From NCBI GenBank assembly GCA_963718895.1, contig CAVRAG010000004.1, positions 64,001 to 128,000 on the forward strand: a stretch of 64,000 bases of DNA, given 5' to 3'. Numbering within the stretch: the first letter of the stretch is position 1; each line of letters begins with the position of its first letter. Of this stretch, positions 61,753-64,000 are shown piece by piece. Below the pieces are notes generated by a model. The model saw nothing but the letters and a program-made list of their open reading frames with translations. It did not search any database and was not told the origin of the DNA. A program made the translations under genes and the position numbers. The stretch comes from an uncultured Nitrososphaerota archaeon. Its GTDB lineage: Archaea; Thermoproteota; Nitrososphaeria; Nitrososphaerales; Gagatemarchaeaceae.

Positions 61753-62532
61753 CTAGACCAGTGATTCTTCTTCCGTGAGCACCTTGAGCTTGACTCCGGG
61801 GAAGCTCGTCGAGGTGTGGTGCGAGAGGTCGGAGATCACCTCTTGGCTCTTCGCCTTGCAGTCGTCCAAGAACCGGGTTCGCTCTGGACCCTCCGTCATC
61901 AGCCTTGAGTTCCTTGCGTTGACGTCTTCGAACGACTCGCCCTCCCTTGCATGAAGTGAGACGGGGTTCATCCCTATCGCGAGGGTGAGGCCTGGTTCGT
62001 GCGAGCTATGGACGGGTCTGAACAGGAGGGCGATGTCCAGGAAGAAGAAATCGTTCTTCCCGAAGACGTTGAGACGGATCTCGCGGACCTTCTCGTTCCG
62101 TGACCGGATGAAATCCTCCACCTTCTGCTTGATGAGGGCGAAGTCGGCCGGGTTCCCTGCAACGAAGCGATAGACGGCGTTCCCATCTACCTCGACGGAG
62201 GCGACGTGGACGTCTCCGATCGACCTGAAGAAGTCCGCGGCAGCCTCCACGAATCCGCTCGAGCCTAGCGGCTCCCGGACGGGATGGATTAGGCGCATCA
62301 ACCTGTCGCTGACACCTTCCTTCTCTGGCTGCGGCTCGGTCTGGAGCATCTGCGCCGCTTCGGACGGTTCCGGGCCGGTGACGTCCTGAGAGTAGCCATT
62401 CAGGAGCGCCGAGTAGGGGAACCCCATCCCGCGATAGCCCAGCAGGTTGACACCCATCGGGCTGCTGGAGGGGAGCGAGGCCATGGGACTTATGGTCGAG
62501 CAGTGGGCAGAGGAGTTACAGACCGTGGGCAT
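61753..62532 (-). CDS. hypothetical protein
   Basis: Long ORF with coding-like codon pattern. Confidence 0.55.
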   Translation of the reverse strand: MPTVCNSSAHCSTISPMASLPSSSPMGVNLLGYRGMGFPYSALLNGYSQDVTGPEPSEAAQMLQTEPQPEKEGVSDRLMRLIHPVREPLGSSGFVEAAADFFRSIGDVHVASVEVDGNAVYRFVAGNPADFALIKQKVEDFIRSRNEKVREIRLNVFGKNDFFFLDIALLFRPVHSSHEPGLTLAIGMNPVSLHAREGESFEDVNARNSRLMTEGPERTRFLDDCKAKSQEVISDLSHHTSTSFPGVKLKVLTEEESLV

Positions 62533-62586
62533 GCTGCCGATCGATGGGGTCTCGCTATTAAGCAGTGGTGTCGAGAGTTCGCAGCC

Positions 62587-63597
62587 TCAATACTTCCTCG
62601 AGGAGAGGTACTCGGAGAGCTCAAGGAGCTTGGTCCGCGTCGCTCCGACATCCGCCGTCTCGAGCAGCCTGCGGGCGTTCTCGGCGTACGACGCTGCTAC
62701 CTGCTGGGCGTATTCGACTGACCTGTGCTCTGAGAGGAGACCCCGCGCCTTCGCGATCTCCGAGTCGGAGAACCCTCCCTTCTTGCCCAGCAGCTCCCGG
62801 AGGAAGCGTCGATCGTCTTCCGAGGACCGCTCGAGCGCATGAATAAGGACTATGTTCTTCTTGCCGCCCCTGATGTCAGCGAAGATGGGTTTGCCGAGGG
62901 TGCCTTCGTCCCCGACGATGTCCAGAATGTCGTCGTGGACCTGGTAGGCCATCCCCAGCCACTCGCCGAAACCGTAGGCGACCTTCACGGTGGCCTCACC
63001 GTCGACCCCTCCCCCGACGATGGCACCGCTCGCCGAAGAGGCCGCGACCAGCGCCCCCGTCTTCATCTTGATCATGTACTCGTAGTCGCTCTGGCTCACG
63101 GAGTCCTTGGCGGCCATCTCGAGGTCAAGGAACTCTCCGAGGACCGCCGCGCCGAACGACTCGCCCAGCAGGTCGAAGAGGACCCTGAGAGTCTCTCCGC
63201 CCGACTTGAGGGCGCCGTACTTGGAGACCTCGCGGGGGACCTGGGCCAGGAGCATGTTTGATGCGAGTATAGCGAACCGCAGTCCGTGCTTCTCCACTAT
63301 CGACTTCTCGCCTCGCCGGGACTGGGACTCATCCAGGATGTCATCCTCCACGAGAGCGGCGGCGTGTGCCAGTTCGTAGGCGACCGCGACCGGGACCGCC
63401 TCCTCGTAGGCGCCGGAGACCGCCTCGCACCACAGCAGGGCGAGCACGGCCCTGACGCGCTTGCCTCCCTCCAGGGCCCCCCTCACCGCCTCTTCCAGCG
63501 AGGAACCTCCGGTCCCGAAGAGCTCCGAGACCCGGGAGTCTATGGCATCGACGTACTTGGTCAGCCAGGCAGGAGGGGAGGATGACGATATTGACAC
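62587..63597 (-). CDS. polyprenyl (GGPP) diphosphate synthase
   Basis: GGKRVR, EDDILD..SRRG, KTG, QVHDDILD. Confidence 0.93.
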   Translation of the reverse strand: MSISSSSPPAWLTKYVDAIDSRVSELFGTGGSSLEEAVRGALEGGKRVRAVLALLWCEAVSGAYEEAVPVAVAYELAHAAALVEDDILDESQSRRGEKSIVEKHGLRFAILASNMLLAQVPREVSKYGALKSGGETLRVLFDLLGESFGAAVLGEFLDLEMAAKDSVSQSDYEYMIKMKTGALVAASSASGAIVGGGVDGEATVKVAYGFGEWLGMAYQVHDDILDIVGDEGTLGKPIFADIRGGKKNIVLIHALERSSEDDRRFLRELLGKKGGFSDSEIAKARGLLSEHRSVEYAQQVAASYAENARRLLETADVGATRTKLLELSEYLSSRKY

Positions 63598-63654
63598 GCT
63601 GGTGCGGTCGTCCTCTCGCGTGGTAAATAGTTTGGGTTGCTCACGGGCTTCTTT

Positions 63655-64000
63655 TCAGTGCTCGACGACTTTGCGAATCGCCTTCAGGACCCTGGGCACG
63701 GTCGGCATGTAGAGGTTCTCGTGGACGTACGGGAACGGGATCCCGAAGCCTCCGACCCGGACCACCGGGGCCTTCAGGTAGTCGAGCGCCTCCTCGGCCA
63801 GGAGCGCGGAGATTTCCGCCCCGTATCCCATAATCTTCTGGGCCTCGTAGACTATCACCACCCTCCCCGTCTTCTTGGCGGAACCCAGGACCGCCTCAAC
63901 GTCCAGCGGCACTAGCGTCCTGAGGTCGACCACCTCGACGTCCACGCCCTCTTCAGAGGCCTTCGACGCAGCGTCCAGGACAGTGGGGACCATCGACCCG
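63655..64000 (-). CDS. 2-oxoacid dehydrogenase E1 beta subunit (5' part outside the window)
   Basis: VVDLRTLVPLD, KTGRVVIVYEA, LKAPVVRV. Confidence 0.9.
   Translation of the reverse strand, partial: GSMVPTVLDAASKASEEGVDVEVVDLRTLVPLDVEAVLGSAKKTGRVVIVYEAQKIMGYGAEISALLAEEALDYLKAPVVRVGGFGIPFPYVHENLYMPTVPRVLKAIRKVVEH

Noticed and set aside
1-64000. CRISPR array, rRNA genes, IS transposases, integron attC sites
   Set aside because: No regularly spaced repeats, rRNA-like sequence, transposase motifs or attC structures seen by eye.

Overview
A 64-kb archaeal chromosome segment of high GC. Hef helicase, Tfx and TrmB regulators, an AglH-type transferase, GGPP synthase and a SoxL/SoxF-type Rieske protein point to a non-ammonia-oxidising Nitrososphaerota/TACK lineage (inference). 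Core blocks: glycosylation, CoA-transferase and a membrane redox module (1-14 kb); glnA through thrB/thrC, NAD kinase and YyaL (36-51 kb); isoprenoid synthase and E1-beta (62-64 kb). Main finding: a ~14.4-36.1 kb accessory region anchored at the 3' end of glnA. A tyrosine integrase starts 36 bp after the glnA stop. Degenerate copies of the last glnA codons (YFDI*) recur at 27100, 26298, 22226 and possibly 17581, and they divide the region into self-contained modules like a cassette array. The modules carry a lone VapBC pair, a TrmB-regulated operon, surface proteins beside a second integrase remnant, and a PD-(D/E)XK-wHTH-MNT/HEPN locus. A second accessory block (51-59 kb) encodes a Rieske/cytochrome b pair, two uncharacterised surface proteins and a VKOR homolog with no catalytic cysteines. 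Many accessory genes carry small frameshifts that look like assembly indels, so pseudogene status is uncertain. No rRNA, intact tRNA or CRISPR array was found.
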